Below, one piece after another: positions 39,288 to 52,708 of a stretch of DNA of 64,000 nucleotides. The stretch is taken from positions 124,001-188,000 of the forward strand of contig NW_026515683.1 in the NCBI RefSeq assembly GCF_025526975.1, read 5' to 3'. Both the position numbers and the translations under genes were made by a program. The stretch's first letter is position 1; each line of letters opens with the position of its first letter. The DNA is from Fimicolochytrium jonesii (lineage: Eukaryota). The notes under the pieces were generated by a model. It had not been told where the DNA came from. It saw only the letters and a program-made list of their open reading frames with translations, and made no database searches.

Positions 39288-42200
39288 CTAGCGACGACGC
39301 ACTCTCTTCGAACCCGCGGCCTCTCCTATCGAGGCCATCAACTCCTCTTCCGGCGCACTCCACGGTCGTATGCTCATAGCCTGCAACAGTGCCTCCTCCG
39401 CCCTCGTCAGCGGCGCCAACGGACCATGAGAAGACCAAATGCGAGCGGGTGGCGTGCGCGGTGGCGACTCCAATGGACGCAATACCGATGCAGAGGGAAG
39501 GCGGGAAAGGTCGGGATTCTGCAGAGAGGTAGCGGACTTCTGGCTTCGCAGGGACGTGCTGCTGAGTTGACTGGACAGGCTTTCTCGGAGACGAGGATCC
39601 AGCAGCTTGTAGTACTTTTGTACTGCGGCGTCGCGGTATGTCGGTCGCGGTAGGGCTTGCACTAGAGCGTCAGGTTTCTGCTGCAGCGTGATACCTATCA
39701 CGGACTCCTCGCCGTCGGCTGCGGTTGGCAGAGGTGATGACGGGGATGGACCCATCTGTGCGGGAACTGTCGTGGGTATCCCAGAATCTGATAAGCTCCC
39801 ACACTGCATCTCGCTCAGGCTCTGCGATGGGGCACCTGTCTCGTGCGGGTCCTGGTCTGCGCCGCTTCCTGCGTCCTTGGGATCGTGCATATGAACGTAC
39901 CGTACGTTCGGCTCAAGAGCGTCGGCCGCATGCGGGTCTGCATTAGGTTGCGGCGGTGCAACATGCGCGTAAGACTGCTCCCATCGCTCAACGGAGGTAT
40001 TTGTATGTTTGTTCGGCTTATCGTCGTTGGCTGTAGGGATGACTGTCACCGCCACCTTCTTTATCCTTACCGAGGGTTGTCGTGATGAAAGTTTCGGTGC
40101 AGCAAGTTCCGTTCGGTGTGCAGCAGCTAAGGGTTTCTTTCGCATTGAAAGAGGTTCCATGTGAGACCCGATCAGCTGTACGTCATCGTTCACCGGAGAG
40201 TGTCGTCCTTGGTAGTCCCCTTCCTCATCCTCATGATTCGTCGACAAGAGCGTAGGTTCGAACGTCAAACCATGTCGAACACGACCGCGGCGGCGCGGAT
40301 GTTGTGCCTGGTGCTCTTTTGCGCTCAGCAACTGAGTACGACTATGACGGGTGGTTTGGGAAGATGGAGTGGCCCGGCCCGTGGTGCTTTCGTTGATTGC
40401 GGTGTTCGAGGCTTGCGAATGGGCGTTCATTGCTTCTGCGGCTTGCGCCAATGCACGTTCCTACGAACAAGTAGGAATGACTTGGTCACTTCGAAGCTCC
40501 GGATGGCCAACCGTAAGGAAATGGAAGGTTACCTGGGCCAACACTCTCGCCGCCTCAGCTTCAATCTCCGCCCTCCTCACTTGCTCCAACCGCTCTCTCT
40601 CCTCTTCCTCCTCCCGGATCCTGCGCTCCTCCTCCTCCTGTCTCTGTCGCTTTTCCTCAGCTTCCCTTTCTCTCTGCTGCTCGACCAGCAGCATCTCATA
40701 CGTTAATCCTCCAATGTACACAGTGTGATTCTTATCAACCGGTGGCCGTCGCTGCTTGTGTTTCAGCGCTAGTTTAAGCACCTGCACTTGACGCTGTACC
40801 ACCGCCGACAACCGTGCCTGATCATGAAACGTTTCAATCGCCATCACGCGCCGCTTGAAGTCTTCCAGCATCTCATTCCGAGACGACGTGAGAGCGGCGA
40901 TCTCATCCTCGTGGGCAGCTTCTAGATCTTCAAGTCTACCCGCGCAGTTTGCGACATGGTTTTCGTAAAGCGCCTGTTCACCCGCATCCAGCGTCTCCCC
41001 ATTCACCTCCTCGCCCTCCTCCTCCCGCCGGTCATCACGAGCCGAAAACAGCCGCGACGGACGCTCAGACGGTGCGCTAAAGTCACTCATATAGCTCGGC
41101 CGCGGATGCGTCCCCAGCGGCATCGGCCGTTTACTGGACTGAGGCCTCGTCTGTGCTTGCAACGACCCCGGCTGTATCGTTCCCATCGGCGGCATCGGCG
41201 CTTGTCCCCCTCCCCACGTCACAAACGACCCCTTCCTAGACATCTCCGAACTGGCAGGCTGCTGAAACTGCATCGAGCTCAACGGCCGTGACCCGCTCAC
41301 GACACTCTCCCTCCTCGACACGGCAATCGACGGCCGTTTGCTCACCAAGTTCGCCGTGAATCTACTCTGGTTGGCGGACGCGTCGCTTTCAATTGACATT
41401 TGCCGCTTGCGGACGGCGGTGGAGTCGGACGCGGTGAGGCCGTACCGGTCCTGTTGCGTGTTGGGCCGCCGGACCCCGTCGCCTACGCGCACGTCGTCGG
41501 TCTCATCGAGTTCGGCGAGTTGCCCGCGGAGGTTGAAGATCCGGTCGTCGAGTTCGGAGAGGTGCTGTTGGTAGCGGGTTACTAGGTCGGCGTTTCTGTC
41601 CGACATGTGTCCCACGAGCGCACGCTGTGTGTGCAGGTATGAAAGTAAGCACCGCTACAAGATCTGATGAGTACGAAGAGTGCATGCTGGATCTTACCTC
41701 CTTATCGCCCAGAATCCCTTTGTTCAACAACCCGAGCGTGATCCTCGTATACTGGTATCCCAGCTGCTCCTCCTCGTTTATGAGATCCCGCATCTCGTCT
41801 TCCGCCTTCCTCTCTATATCTTCCAATTGGCGAAGCTCGGGCTCAAATGTTCGCTCCAAGTCTCTTTGCACAGTTGCGTTGTATTCCTGTCCCGCACAGG
41901 TGGATGCGATTGTGAGTCGGAGTACGATAATGACAATGCGAATGGTGTGTTCTTACGATTTGAGACTTCACAATCCGTGCCAGAGCGGTCTTCAGTTGCG
42001 CCCGACATGTTCGCCGTGTTTCCTTCATGAGTTTTATGTACGCCTCTTCCATCTCCGCCAAATGGTGCCGGGCTGTGTCTAAAGTTTTGTTGGTTGCGAT
42101 ATGGACGTTGTGAAGCTGATTGGCTTTCAGCATCTGATGAATAGTCTCCAAGTCCTGCATTTCAAGATACAATGAATTACCACTAGCAGTTGAGAACCGT

Positions 42201-42580
42201 ACATCAAGCAACCGAAAAGGTGTACACACCTTCCGAAACGAAAAACAAGTCTTCTCAACATCCCTAAAATTCTCAGGCTCCGGCACCGGCTGCGTCTGCA
42301 AACACCTATCCGACACCGTCACGCCCGTGCGCACATAGTTCTCCGGCACATAAAGCAACGTGTCTTCCGCCAATGCCTTTTCCAGAAACTCATCAATCAT
42401 CCCGGTCTTGGGGACCTCGGCGGTCTTTGATCCTGCATAGCTCCCTGTGCTTCGTTGCATGGGCTTGATGCTGGAGCGGCGTCGGCTTTCTCGGCGTTTG
42501 GGGGGTTGGGGTGGTGGGAGGATTGATGCGGAGGGGGATTTGGGGATCGTACGCGGGAGGGCGAGGATTGCTGACGACAT
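39288..42580 (-). CDS. Large coiled-coil hypothetical protein, multi-exon; N-terminal part possibly C10orf67/DUF4709-like
   Basis: Consecutive minus-strand ORFs (41843-42580, 41503-41871, 40461-41615, 39288-40451) linked by plausible GT-AG introns; E/R-rich helical segments. Confidence 0.65.
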
Positions 42581-43048
42581 CTCAAGGGATGTGGCGCTTG
42601 TATGTATGACCTCTGTATTCGGAGGTTCAGGCGAGGGTTAGCTTGACCAGCCCCGAAGTGCTTTTTATATGTCACGGAGCGCCTGCCAAGAATGTATCAG
42701 TTGAGGGAGTGTCTAGGATGGGCGGCATCTACCGCAGCTACATCTACCGTTGCAATGACGGCAGCGCCGTTGGGAAATGCCCCACTGTCAAAAGGGGCGC
42801 TTAAGGCACGCTTAATTCGTTTCTACGTGGGCTTGTTTTCGAAGGCGTTGGCCCGGGTGCGGGCAAGCTTTATTGGCAAAAGGCCTTTGATATCACCAGC
42901 CCTTATATACCTAGCCGTCCATCTTTATCTTCCCTCCGACGTATTCGATACCTTATCAAACCTGGTCAACGGTCGGCTGGACTATCCACTGCCTCACCTT
43001 CAGGAACGTTTTCAGAGATTTCCACAGGTGCGAAGCTAAAGCATCATC

Positions 43049-46000
43049 ATGAGAGTAGGACCGCCACTACCAATCCCCAGCTTCCTCACCAAGGATATCA
43101 AGTCCAGCCCATCCTCCCTCTCCGACATTTTGACCCCGCCCAAACCGGCACCATCCCCCAAACTCTCAATAACAGCATCGGCAACCGGAGTGCATGCCAG
43201 CACACCGAGCATCGTTATCAAACCGACCAAGTTGGCATTGCGCTACGATCAGCCGAAGCTGATCCTATTCTACACGGCGGAGGATGTGGGCGAGGATGGG
43301 GACAAGACGCAGAAGGTGCGGCGGCGGAGTATGCCGATCCGCAACGTCGACTGGGAGGGGGGCAAATTCGACAGCGCGGACCTCACGCGCGTCATGCGAA
43401 TTCGACATGCCGCCTATCTGAAGCCTGTCAGTCAGAAACAGGTGGGTGGAGCGTGAGATCAAATAGATGAAGACATTTGAAACGACGGAGAGAAGGGCTG
43501 ATCTCTCCTCCACAATGTGTCCTAGCTGGAGCGGATGGTGAAGCTGGCATGTAAGGAGTACATCCAGTATCAACAATCGGAGAAACAGCGACAGCTCGAC
43601 AAGCATCAGCCATTGAAAGCCAACCCTGCACTCAAGGCAGTCAGCGGAGGATCCCAAGGTTCCCCATCACCTACTGCATCCCCAAGACTGCTGCCAAAAC
43701 AGCTGTCGTTCGATGATGAGCGCAAAATCACTCACCTTGGCCACGGGGCGTCCTCCAATACGCCGGTGGCACGGCAGGTATCCAGAGAGGAGCTTCAAAG
43801 CCTTTCAGAGTCAAGGAAGGTGACGGCGAATCCCCTCGCTCCAAAATTACCCGCGAAATCCTCGGCATCGGAAGCAACCGAAGAGAAGAGTGCGGAAAGG
43901 GATCATGACGTCCCTTCATGGTTGAAATCGGAAACTTTACGAGCCGCTCCTTCCGGCGGCAACTCACTTTTGGGTGCACTACCGTCGTTGAAACCGCGGC
44001 TGAGCGCTTTGCAACCGTCAGCATCGGAGACCGAGCCTGCTTTGAGGCCACTTGATGCCAAGACTCTTCCGACCCCTGATGTGCGGAAGACGGGCGATCT
44101 GGGCATCCAGAAGGTTGCGGGCGCGAGACCTGAAAAAGAAGTGGTGATCGATGGCGAGCGGGACTTGAACAAGCTTGGGTAGGTTTTTTATTCCGGGGGA
44201 TGTACTGCCAGACATCGAGAGCGGGGAAACTGACAAGAGATCTAATATAGTGATGCGGAACTCAATGCGGTGAAGAATGAGATGGACACAGTTTTCGTGA
44301 AGAACCTAGTGAAACCGGGGGATCCTGGATACGTTTACGACCTTCAGGTGTGTTTCGCGTTTGAACAGATGCCCATTGCAGGACAAACTCTCTGATACGT
44401 CCTGGCGGCTTGCAGAAATCGTTCGGCGATGCGACAGAGGAAAATGATTGGGACAAATCGGATGATGATGACGGGCTGGTCTTCGGCGTAGAGGCTTCGG
44501 AGAATAAGGAGGAGCATAAGGACTCCCGCCCTGCACCTCAAAGTGCCTCAGCGGAGGCGCCTCTCCAAACATCACAGACCCTGACCTCGCTACCGAAACC
44601 GTCTTCGGAGCCTGCCGCTCTGTCGCAACTGCCAGCGCTGAAAGTTGTCCAACCACTCTCAGCCGCGTCACAGTTGCCGCCGCTAAGAGCGGAAGCGCCA
44701 ATTCCCTCAACTGCAAAGTCCCTCGAACAAGAGGAAGATGACTATGACATCTCAGAAGACATCGAAGAGTCCATTTCCGAAGAATTTGAATCTGATAACG
44801 ATGACGAAGACGCTCCTTCAGTTACTGCGAAGGTAGACAAGTCCGAGGCAAATGAGGAAGATGACGAAGATGAGGCCAAACTAACGAAGAAAGGAGAGGC
44901 GCCGGTCATGTATGATGAAGATGATGAGAACTTCATAAATGATCGCGATGCTGGTATCGACGACGGCGACCACATTGATGACGATGGCGCAGACGCCCAG
45001 TCGGATCATGAAGAAGACGCACAGGAGGAGGAGGAAGACGAAGACGAAGAGGAACTCGAATGGAGCGACGAAGAACTCCCGCTTCCAGGCCTGAGACGCA
45101 CGTCCTTCAGCGTCCCCCTGATGTCTAGTCCCAGCCCTGCATTTAGCAGCGCCGGAAAAAAAATCCCGCCTTCCTTTCCCACGGCCGTTCCACTGTCCGG
45201 CGGTAGACCGATTGCTACCAGTCGCAACGACAATGAAGAGGTTCGCAGGCGGAGAATATCGGTGTCATCGAAAGAGGAGAAGAACATCTACGCTACGGCA
45301 TCGTCGGAGGAATTGGGGAGGGTGTGGGATAGTGGGCAGCTGGCCAAGCTCCTTGAGGACGACGCTGCAGAAAGGGACGCATCGACGGATGTTAACCTGA
45401 GTGTGAGTGGGAGCGCGGACTTGGGAAGCGGGAGGATGTTTGGAAGTATTGAGCGAAAGGACTTGTCGAAGCCGGATGCTGCAAGAGGGAGGGCTAATTC
45501 CGCAAGTGACATCCGCAATGCGTTGGCTAACGCAACGGTGCGGGAGGAAGACAGCTCTGATGAGATGGACGAGGATCTCGGAGAGAGTTTGGGAAGCATC
45601 GTGGAGAACAAGGGTCTGCTGAAGCAAGATACTGGAAAAGCAACTACGCAATCGGCAGGTGGCGGGAAGGGCGCTTTGGCGAAGCCAGTAGCACTCGACG
45701 ACGAAAGCTTTGATGAGATGGACGACAATGCCATAGAGAGCTTTGGAGGCGGACAGGAAAAGGGAGCAACAAGCAAACAAGTCGATGCGGAAAAAGTAGT
45801 TGTGAAGCCAACGAATGAGATGGAGGATCCTAAGGAAGAGGATGAGGACGTGAGCATTGACGAAGTAGATTTCGGGAGTGTTGGCAGTGTTGAGGAAGAT
45901 GGAGATTTCTTCAAGCCTGGGGCAGGCGAAGCAGAGAGGAAGACCTTGGCCGACCCGGCCACGAAACAAGATGACAAGGCGGCAAGCGGTAACGGGATCG

Positions 46001-49000
46001 ATGATTATGACTTGGGGAGTTTCGAGTCTGAGCAGGAGGAGGCTCCGTTGCTAGATGCAGGACATGCGCAGTCGAAGCTGAACAGCGATGTAAAGGTTGC
46101 TGAGCCCAAGCCGGCAGCGAAAGAGGATGAGGACGCGGATAGCGATGACGAGATGGACGATGATGACTTGGGGAGTTTTGAGTTTGAGCAAGAAGAGGGT
46201 CCTTTGCCAGATGCGGGATTGAACGCTACTGGCGCGGCAAAGGGCGCTACGTCCGAGCTCGCAGAGCACGGCGACAACGCGGGTAGCGGCGGCGAGATCG
46301 ATGAGGATGATGTTGAGAGCGTCGGGATCGAGGCTGAAATCCGAGATTTAAACCTGGACGAAGATGAGCAGGGTGACGACCTAGACGATAACTCAAGAGA
46401 CGCTATCTTCTGCCATCTTAGCCGCAAACCAGCAGATATCAAGAACTCTGAAACGATCGCTCCATCGTCCGTATCCAAGATCCCAGTTTGGGGGGCTTCT
46501 TTGTCCATCCCACCAACATCCACCACCAGCACGGCAAATGCTCTTCCCACGGCTTCCACGATCACAGCGCCTGCAGAGAAGCCGGCCTGGGGTGCGCTGA
46601 CCGGCAGCACAACCAATGCTCTCACTGGCAACCCCAAAGCTGCAGCTCCTCCATCAACGGAGAGATTAGCTATGGGTGCTCAACAGTCTGCTCCAACCGC
46701 CGTCCTCACAAACACAACTGTTGCTGGCACATCTAGCTCGCAAGCCATCGAGGCTCCTCCGGTAACAGAGAAATCAGCTTTGAACGCCCCTTTGCCCATC
46801 CCAGCGGCGCCTATCACAAGCGTAACCAATACCGTCGTTCCAATCACCTCCAAACCTCCAACGGTTCCTCCGTTGGCACCGCTGTTCAGTCCGTCGACCT
46901 CCACTACAAACGCCCTCTTGCCGATTACTTCCAAACCGACCACGCTTCTCCCCGTGACAGAGAAGCCTGCTTGGGGTGCTCCACTGTCTGCCGCCGCATC
47001 TATCATTGACGCCCCGAGAACCGTGGCAGTCATCCCCGCCGATACACCAGTACCAATAGCACAAAAGCTAGCTGGGACTGCCCCACTGCTTACCTCCACA
47101 TCTGCCATCAGCACGGCTGATGGTTTAAAAGTTAACCCTGCTGCCGTATCTGTTCCTTCCGCAGCGCAGAAGCCAGCTTGGGGCGCATCGCTACCTGTCC
47201 CACCCGCATTCAGTGCTGCTTCGCTCCGCAGCCCAACAGCCCCGCCGTCTACGCTGGACAAATCGATTGCTGAGCCGGCCATCGAAAATGAGTCTTTTAC
47301 GACAGACAAGTCGCACAGGGCTTGGGCCGCTCCAGCACCGGCGCAATTGTCCGCATCAGCACAGGAGCCTAGCTCCACACCGGACAAATCGGCTACGGAA
47401 TCTACCACTAGCCACACCCTTTCGCCCGCAAACGCGCCGCACTCCGCTTGGGGCACACCAGCACCAGCGCCGACATTCACACCGGGATCTACCCCCGCTC
47501 TGGGCAAGCCGGTCTCGGAGCCAACAACGCTCATCGCTCCTCCTCCGACATCCAAACCGCACTCCGCCTGGACCACTCCAGCACCCCTCGCCGGCCCAGA
47601 CTCCTCCCCCAACGAGCATAGCTCCCCCGTCAACGTCGACTCCTCAGCCTCCATCGACCTCTCCTTCGACGCCGACGACGCCGACGAATTCGACGACACT
47701 GCAGCCGTCCTCTCCATGCTCACCACCCCGCCCACAACCGCCCCCGAGACTCTTCCAGCAACCTTCACACCCCCACCCACATCGAGCACCCTCGCCCCGC
47801 TGCCCCCAACCCCTCGCGTCCCGATGTCCGTGGATGTCTCCCCAAGCACCACCCACCAACCCCTGGGGAATCTAAGCCCGCATACGGTTGCGCCGGTCGT
47901 GTCGGCGACGACGCCTGCGCCTGTTTCTGCGCTTGGTCTTGATGGGGATGAGGTGGAGGAGGAGATTGTGGAGGAGGTGGTTGAGGAGTTGGAGGGGTTT
48001 AGTGGGGATGAGGAGAATTATGTGAATGGGGGGGCAGGGACGGACGGGAAAGCTGTAGATGATGTGAAGATCGGGAAAGAGGGCGCGGGCAGGGTGGCGT
48101 TGGGGGGCTCAGGGGGGATGAGAGATGACGATGACATTCTGGGCGGGTTTAGCGACGATGAGGGTGACTATGATGTCGTACGAGCGCCGCTTGCGGACGT
48201 TGGAAAGGATGTGAAAGTGGAGAAGAAAATAAAGGAGGGTGGTGAGGAGGCGACCGCGGGTCCGTCGTCGCTGACGAAACTGGGTGGATTGCCGCCGTTG
48301 GGTGGGATGATGTCCAAGCTGGGGGCTCCGACGGCTCTTGCGCCGTTGAGCTCGAATGTGGTGTCGGGCGGAATGTCGGTTACGCCGGCGGTGGGAGTCG
48401 ATGGTGGGGATGCGAAACAACCGACGCTGCTGGGATCTCGCAGCGGCACCACGGCGGGGTCATCTGCACCAACGGGACTCGTTGCGGATGGAGATGCAAA
48501 ACAACCGACCCTGCTGGCATCAGCTATTCCGGCTGTCTCGTCGTCGCTTACACCGCTGGCATCCCTCAGCACGACCGCGCCAGTGTCGTCTTCTGCCTTG
48601 CCGCCAACCCAACTCGGGGCTGCGAAATCGCCAGCTTTGATAGCATCAGACATTTCTGCGGCTACACCATCGCTCGCACCGCTGGCATCCCATGCGGTAG
48701 CACCTATCCCCGCCGCTGCGAAACAGGCCCCGGTATTAGCATCAGCGATACCGAGTACTTCCTCGTTGGGATCCCAGAGCACGACCGCCGCCCCCGGACC
48801 TTCCTCCCTCCCACCTGTAGTCTCTCTCACCCCTGGCGCAAAACACCTACCTTCGCTCGCACCGACCCTTCCCACCCCCACGTCTTCATCAGGAGCTCCG
48901 ATGACGACCTCAAACGCGTCCACAATCCCCACGGCCGCAGCACCCATCCCCACATCAAGCCCCGTCGTCGAGGACCCCAACCCCACCCCGCAGTCGCTCC

Positions 49001-49437
49001 CCACCGTCTCCGATGTGCCATCCACACATCTGAACCCAACGGCTACCCCACCCCCACCAGCATCCACCTCCCTAACGCCAGTCCCGGCACCCACCCCCGC
49101 TCCCCACCCCACAGCCACTCTCACACACCTGTCACCCCAGTCCCCCGCCGCGCCCGCACAACCCACAACCCCAACCGACCTCATCGAAGACTCCGACCCC
49201 ATATCCGACATCGTGTCAGAAGACCTCGACATCTCAGAAGACCTCGCGAATTTCGGGGAAGGGCACACCGACGACGAGGACGACATCGGACCCATCTTTC
49301 GGGTCACGAGGACGGTGGATACGAAAGAGGATGGGGGGGAGGATGATGATGACGAGTCCCCGATTGAGTTTTCGGATGATGGGGTGTTGTCGTTTGATGA
49401 GGGTGGGGAGGAGGAGGAGGAGGAGGGGGGGTTTTGA
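43049..49437 (+). CDS. CEP19: CEP19-domain centriolar/ciliary protein with a very long acidic and Pro/Ala/Thr-rich tail (~2054 aa); exons 43049-43441, 43526-44178, 44251-44347, 44416-49437
   Basis: N block KPTKLALRYDQPKLILFY...KVRRRSMPIR...RHAAYLKPVSQKQLERM; C block DLNKLGDAELNAVKNEMDTVFVKNLVKPGDPGYVYDLQKSF...NDWD. All three introns keep the frame. Confidence 0.85.
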
Positions 49438-49675
49438 GGTTTGGGAGGGGGGTCGTAGGGAGGGATGGGATCTTTTTTTCACTTCGGAAGTGTGTATACT
49501 GTATAATTTATTCGTCAAAAATGAGAATATCATGAAAGATATGGGTTTTCCAAAAAAAAAACGGTCGGTGGGGCTTGTAGCGGGTGTCTATCACTCGCTC
49601 GTATCGCCGATCTACCGTCCTCCACCATCTAAAACTACTCTACACTACATTATTCAAACCTTACGCCTCCCCACC

Positions 49676-50986
49676 TCACCACGGCATCCACACATCCCTC
49701 CCTTTTTCCGGCCTACCCCTCCCAATCGTCTCCACCTGTCCCCTTTCCTTTGTCAGCACAGGCAAGTTAACACCCATACCCAACAACCCCTCCATCTCAA
49801 AAGCCAGTCCGCGTTCCTCCTGCGACGACACCTCCCCGTCCCCCACCTCCCCGGTGTCCAAATACGTGCGAAGGGAAAGTTGGTTGTCGAGCATGGCTGT
49901 GTCTTGGGAGGCGGTTGGGAGGTGGAAGAGGGTCGTGTCGGGTATGGATGGGGAGGGTGGGGTTGGTGGCTCGTCAAAATCGTCGATGAGACTTGAAGTG
50001 GTGGGCGAGGAGACGGTGCTTGGGGAGCGGGAGCGGGTTGGTGTGAGGGGTTGGAAGGCATTCAAGACCGAAGGCAAGGGCTGAATAAACCGGGAACTGT
50101 CCGCCGGCATGGTTTCGGGTTGGATGTTACTGAGGATTGGTAGGCTGGTATTCCCTTTTTTGCGTTTGGCGCCTCTTCTATTCGCTTTTTTCTTCTTCTG
50201 GACTCCCACGACGTCCGTGACAGACATTGGACTGCTGAGTGCGAATGGAGTCGGTTCGCTGATGACTGCATTCGATGGCATCGCGGCGGTCTGCTTTTGT
50301 TTCTTCATCTGCCGACTATTGGAAGTGGGAGCCGGTTCCTGCATCACGGTCGTAGTTCCTGTGCACTCCTCATTCGACCCGTGGTTGCGCTTTCGTTTAC
50401 GACCCTCAACTCGGCTCTCCTCACTCACTTCTCGTGAACCTGGCGTCCCATTATCCCTTCTCGGCGGAGCATCCCTTCCCAGCCGGGTCTCCCGCGACCC
50501 CTTCCTCCCTCGTCTCTTTCTTCTGTTCGTTCCATTCGAGACACCAATCGTTGGGCCGGTATCGCTATCGTCATCGGCGGCATTTCGCTTTCGCTTGCGC
50601 TCCACGCTCCTATGTTTATTCGTTTGCGGCGTTTGAGAACCGTTGGCACCACGCCCTAACCCATCCTCCACCCCACCACCGCCAACATATACAACCTCAC
50701 CATCCCCAAAAGCCTCCCCCACCATATACATCCCCAACACAACACTGCCATGGCTGTTCCACACCCGTATCGTTTCGCCCTCTCTGTCTCCTTGCGTCCC
50801 TTTTCCGATATCTGTTTCCCCGTCGGCTTTCCATGAGGCGCAAAGTTGGGGGAGGTCAGCGACGGCTGTTGTGGCAGGAGTGGGAATGGTGAGGGTGAAT
50901 GAGACCGGGGCTGGAAGGCGGTTTGAGGGGTTTATGGTGGTGGTGGTGTGCAGAACAATGTTGAGGGTCAGGGGTTTGGTGAGCAT
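49676..50986 (-). CDS. Hypothetical protein: small globular N-terminal domain followed by basic NLS-like clusters
   Basis: Long single ORF, first likely ATG at 50986; RKRKR, RRKRRGRK and KKKKANRR clusters; divergent partner of the zf-HIT gene. Confidence 0.6.
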   Translation of the reverse strand: MLTKPLTLNIVLHTTTTINPSNRLPAPVSFTLTIPTPATTAVADLPQLCASWKADGETDIGKGTQGDREGETIRVWNSHGSVVLGMYMVGEAFGDGEVVYVGGGGVEDGLGRGANGSQTPQTNKHRSVERKRKRNAADDDSDTGPTIGVSNGTNRRKRRGRKGSRETRLGRDAPPRRDNGTPGSREVSEESRVEGRKRKRNHGSNEECTGTTTVMQEPAPTSNSRQMKKQKQTAAMPSNAVISEPTPFALSSPMSVTDVVGVQKKKKANRRGAKRKKGNTSLPILSNIQPETMPADSSRFIQPLPSVLNAFQPLTPTRSRSPSTVSSPTTSSLIDDFDEPPTPPSPSIPDTTLFHLPTASQDTAMLDNQLSLRTYLDTGEVGDGEVSSQEERGLAFEMEGLLGMGVNLPVLTKERGQVETIGRGRPEKGRDVWMPW

Positions 50987-51381
50987 TTCGACGGACCTTG
51001 TCCGGGGCGGCGAGAGAGTGCTGTCCGGTGGGAGTGTTTCGTTCGTGGCGGCCTCGGCGGGATGACGGAGAAGCCCTCTGTCTGCCTGTCTAATGCGTCT
51101 ACCGCATGGCAGGTGGGGAAACTGTAGTTGCGCTGTCCCAGTTGCCGTCCTCAATCAGAGTCTGATTCAGAGTGCAAGTTGGTCGACATGGGCGGGTCCT
51201 CGGCGACTTTTGCTCGAAAGGTTTTCAAAAGCCTGGATATCAATCAGTGCCCACCGCCGATCTGACCGCCGATGCTTTCTTTGCCTTCCAGGGATTCGAC
51301 GTCATCCACAGTGCACAGTATTTCTCTAGGGCCCCGTTGCCACCGACAGTCTCAACCCCGATTCGACGGCCATAGAACGAC

Positions 51382-52103
51382 ATGACCACCCACACACCGC
51401 ACACGAGGACGAAAGGTCACAGGAACGCCCCAGTCGCATCGGCACCAGCGAAGCTCTGCGCTGTGTGCAAAGTGGAGCCTTTCAAATACAAGTGTCCGAC
51501 TTGCAAAGCCCCATAGTGAGTTCTCTGGTGCTCAGTTTTCGAAAATGGCCTCGACATGCGCCTTGTGTTGGTTTTGAAACATATATCTTTACCTCCTTTC
51601 TTAGCTGCTCGTTGGTCTGCTATAAGACGCATAGAGGTTTGTCCCACTTTGAAACTTTTTGGGGCAATCGCCCAATGTTATCTGATATTCTCTCTTGTTC
51701 AGAAACACCATGTGCGCCGAGTTCACCTACCCCGGAGCTTTCCACACCTGCTACAACAACTGCTGCAAAATCGAACATTAATGTTGAAGACGATGAGACC
51801 AAACTTAGTGACGAGCAACTGGCAGGTCTAGGTATGGGAGTCGACGCCGCCCCATGACTCAAAACATCGTTCAATGCTTTACCTGACTTTGCCTATGCTC
51901 GTGCAACAGAACACTCCGACCACGTCCGGATGCTTGTAACTTCCACAGAACTGCAACGCATCCTCACTGAACTCGATGGTACACAGAACCCGCAGAAAGC
52001 ATATGAAGCTGCGTTGCAGAACAGTGAGGTTTTTAGGGAATTCGTCGACCGGGCGTTGGAGGCTGTGGGGCGGGCGCCTGAGGGGGTGGATGGTGCGCCG
52101 TGA
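51382..52103 (+). CDS. ZNHIT3: zf-HIT protein (ZNHIT3/Hit1-like, box C/D snoRNP assembly), 4 exons
   Basis: CAVCKVEPFKYKCPTCKAPY-CSLVCYKTHR; C-terminal LQRILTELD...FREFVDRALEAV. Confidence 0.85.
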
Positions 52104-52708
52104 AATGAGACGCAAGTAGGAAGATTGCATCTGAACGGTGCATAGTGGCTTGCTGCATTGCAAGAGTTATTTAGCCCCCGCTGTGCATCAGCAGTCAAGG
52201 TTGTCACGATTCGAAAAGTCAGCCGATGGAGCAAAACGAACAGGGAAGGGTGAGCATATCTGCCTGATGGGATACAATAACTTCCGGCAGTGGGAGGTTA
52301 TGTGTGAAGTTCCGGCAACAACCACTGTTGGTGGATTGTGCATTCGGCCCACCTTGACCGGTGTTAGTTGCACTTTACATGTGACAACTAGCTCGGCACA
52401 ATCGAGAAGACCTGCAACCCTACGTATCTCCCGGCGGGTTGCTAGCGCCGGGGCGGACGCCAACAACGTCCTTGTCGCGACGTCCAACTCGTCAACGACG
52501 GCCCTGAGCAAGACCCGCTCATATGCAAGCGTCTAACACCACGCACACCCTCCCATACCCACCCCGGAGCGATGATGACGTTCAAACCCAGTGTTGTTAT
52601 TTTAGAATAAGAGTAAATACATTGTGTATCTGGCTACGAAATATGGTTATACATGATGGGGAATACGCCATGGCAGGTACGCCGGTTGGGTGAAGGCAAG
52701 ATCTAACA

